Source: Planctomycetota bacterium
Lineage (GTDB): Bacteria > Planctomycetota > UBA11346
Direction: 5' to 3'
DNA length: 64,000 nt
Assembly (NCBI GenBank): GCA_038213805.1
Contig: JBBQSO010000011.1
Coordinates: 1 to 64,000 of the forward strand
Below the pieces are notes generated by a model. That model did not search any database and was not told the DNA's origin. It worked only from the letters and a program-made list of their open reading frames with translations. The position numbers and the translations under genes are program-made. The first letter of the stretch is position 1. Each line of letters starts with the position of its first letter. Below, piece after piece: positions 62,532 through 64,000 of this stretch.

Positions 62532-63437
62532 GTGAGCGGTCAGCGCTACCTGATCATCGCCAACAAGACTGGCCAGCTCGGCAACCGCCTGGTGGTGTAT
62601 GCGCACATGCTGGGCGCGGCGCGCGAGCGCGGCTGGACCGTGCTCAATCCGTCGTTCGGTGAATACGCGGACCACTTCACCGGCACGCGCGGGCGCCTGG
62701 CCACCCAGCACGCGGAGCCGTTGATCAATCCGCCGCGTCTCGGCACGGTCGAACGCGAGCATTTCTACCGCCTCAACCGCGCCGGCTACAAGCTGGCACG
62801 CACCCTCCACCACCTGCCGTTCGGCGGCATCGGCTGGGCGCGGGCGCGCGAGGTCCTGCACTACGACCTTGAAGAGCTGCTCAACCGCGCGGACGCGCGC
62901 GGCTGGCGCTGGCTGTTCACCCAGAACTACCATTTCCGCCAGCACGCCTGGTGCGCCCGGCACGCCCAGCACATCCGCCGCGTATTCACCCCGGTGGAGC
63001 CGCACCGCAGCGCCGGTGAAGCAGCGGTCGCCCGCGCCCGTGCACGCGGCGACGTGGTGGTCGGCGTGCACATCCGCCACGGCGACTACCGCCAGCACCT
63101 CGGTGGCCGCTTCTTCTACGAACTGCCGATCTACGCCGATCTCATGCGCCAGCTGGCCGCCGCCCTGGCGCCGCGCCGCGCGGTCTTCCTGGTCTGCTCC
63201 AATGCGGCCTACGGCCCTGAGGACTTCGCCGGCCTCGTGATCGCGCCCGGTCCAGGCCACATGGTCGCCGATCTGCACGCGCTCTCGCGCTGCGACCAGG
63301 TCTTCGGGCCACCCAGCTCGTTCAGTGCGTGGGCGGCCTTCCACGGCCAGGTGCCGTACCGGATGATCGAGGACCCCGCCGAGCCGATCGGCTCGCGGGA
63401 TTTCGTCATTCCGGTATCGCCGGATCCGAAATACTGA
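62532..63437 (+). CDS. GT11-like (alpha-1,2-fucosyltransferase-type) glycosyltransferase
   Basis: GQLGNRL, GVHIRHGDY, SSFSAWAA. Confidence 0.8.
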   Translation: MSGQRYLIIANKTGQLGNRLVVYAHMLGAARERGWTVLNPSFGEYADHFTGTRGRLATQHAEPLINPPRLGTVEREHFYRLNRAGYKLARTLHHLPFGGIGWARAREVLHYDLEELLNRADARGWRWLFTQNYHFRQHAWCARHAQHIRRVFTPVEPHRSAGEAAVARARARGDVVVGVHIRHGDYRQHLGGRFFYELPIYADLMRQLAAALAPRRAVFLVCSNAAYGPEDFAGLVIAPGPGHMVADLHALSRCDQVFGPPSSFSAWAAFHGQVPYRMIEDPAEPIGSRDFVIPVSPDPKY

Positions 63438-63470
63438 GGAGCGGGGCGCGTCCTGGTCGCTTCCCGGCGC

Positions 63471-64000
63471 TCAGTAGCGGAAAATGCGCCGCTTGAGCGC
63501 GAAGCGTAGACGCTTGCTGAGGCTGACGCGCAGAGCGCGATTCATGGTCCCGCTCACACCACAGAGCAGCGGCGGCGCCGGCGGCAGATTCCAGGTCAGG
63601 CCCTGGGCCAGGGCGCTGCCAGTGGCGCGCGCCAGGGCGTGCTCAAAGAAGACGCTGCGGGCGTCGTCGATGACCTCCAGCTGCGGCACAAGGTGATCAG
63701 CGAAAAATCGCGGGGTGCCGGCGAACCAGCTTGAATCTCCGACTCGTAGGCCGTCGCGCAGGTCGCAGGCGACGTCCGGACGCGGCGTCGCGGCAGCGAC
63801 CGCCTTCACCAGGCGCGCGGCGTTCGTCACGAAATAGCGGCCAGTGCACTTAAATACGTGCGAGGCTTCCCCAATCAGCCTTGAATGCGCGAGTGCGAAC
63901 GCAATGGTGCGCATCTCTCCGTAACCCTTCCCGCGCGCGCGCGGGAAGTCCTGCCCGGGCCAGCAAATGATCTCGACGTCAACTCCGCGCGCAGCGGCGG
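63471..64000 (-). CDS. Hypothetical protein, 5'-truncated by the window edge (GKGYGE / KCTGRY motifs; probably glycan-locus associated)
   Basis: Frame stays open to the window end (...FPRARGKGYGEMRT...FKCTGRY). Confidence 0.65.
   Translation of the reverse strand, partial: AAARGVDVEIICWPGQDFPRARGKGYGEMRTIAFALAHSRLIGEASHVFKCTGRYFVTNAARLVKAVAAATPRPDVACDLRDGLRVGDSSWFAGTPRFFADHLVPQLEVIDDARSVFFEHALARATGSALAQGLTWNLPPAPPLLCGVSGTMNRALRVSLSKRLRFALKRRIFRY

Overview
A 64-kb, very GC-rich bacterial chromosomal segment. It is most consistent with a Planctomycetota/PVC genome, given the DUF1592-type cytochrome-c plus DUF1552 pair, three transmembrane Hanks-type Ser/Thr kinases and many exported proteins. 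There are about 45 CDS. Housekeeping genes are pcrA/uvrD, rlmF, rpsO-pnp, thiG, hisI, an RlmI-like methyltransferase and gatB. Signalling genes are a Cache-STK with a convergent PP2C, a VIT-vWA/OmpR/HK operon, a PAS hybrid kinase and two more STKs. Carbohydrate genes are a bifunctional GH13+GH133 debranching enzyme, a GH63-like hydrolase, a GT11 and a GT-C. No rRNA, tRNA, CRISPR array or prophage was seen. The most notable non-coding signals are: (i) a RAYT-type HUH transposase flanked by a perfect 31-bp inverted REP pair; (ii) a 46-bp element (unique head + GACTTCCG x4) present twice, 32.8 kb apart, at 45/46 identity; (iii) several intergenic 7/8-mer tandem arrays, some forming inverted arms around 80-230 bp cores and three supplying a gene's stop codon or C-terminus. 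Start codons were chosen by eye and functions come from motif recognition only; no database search was run.
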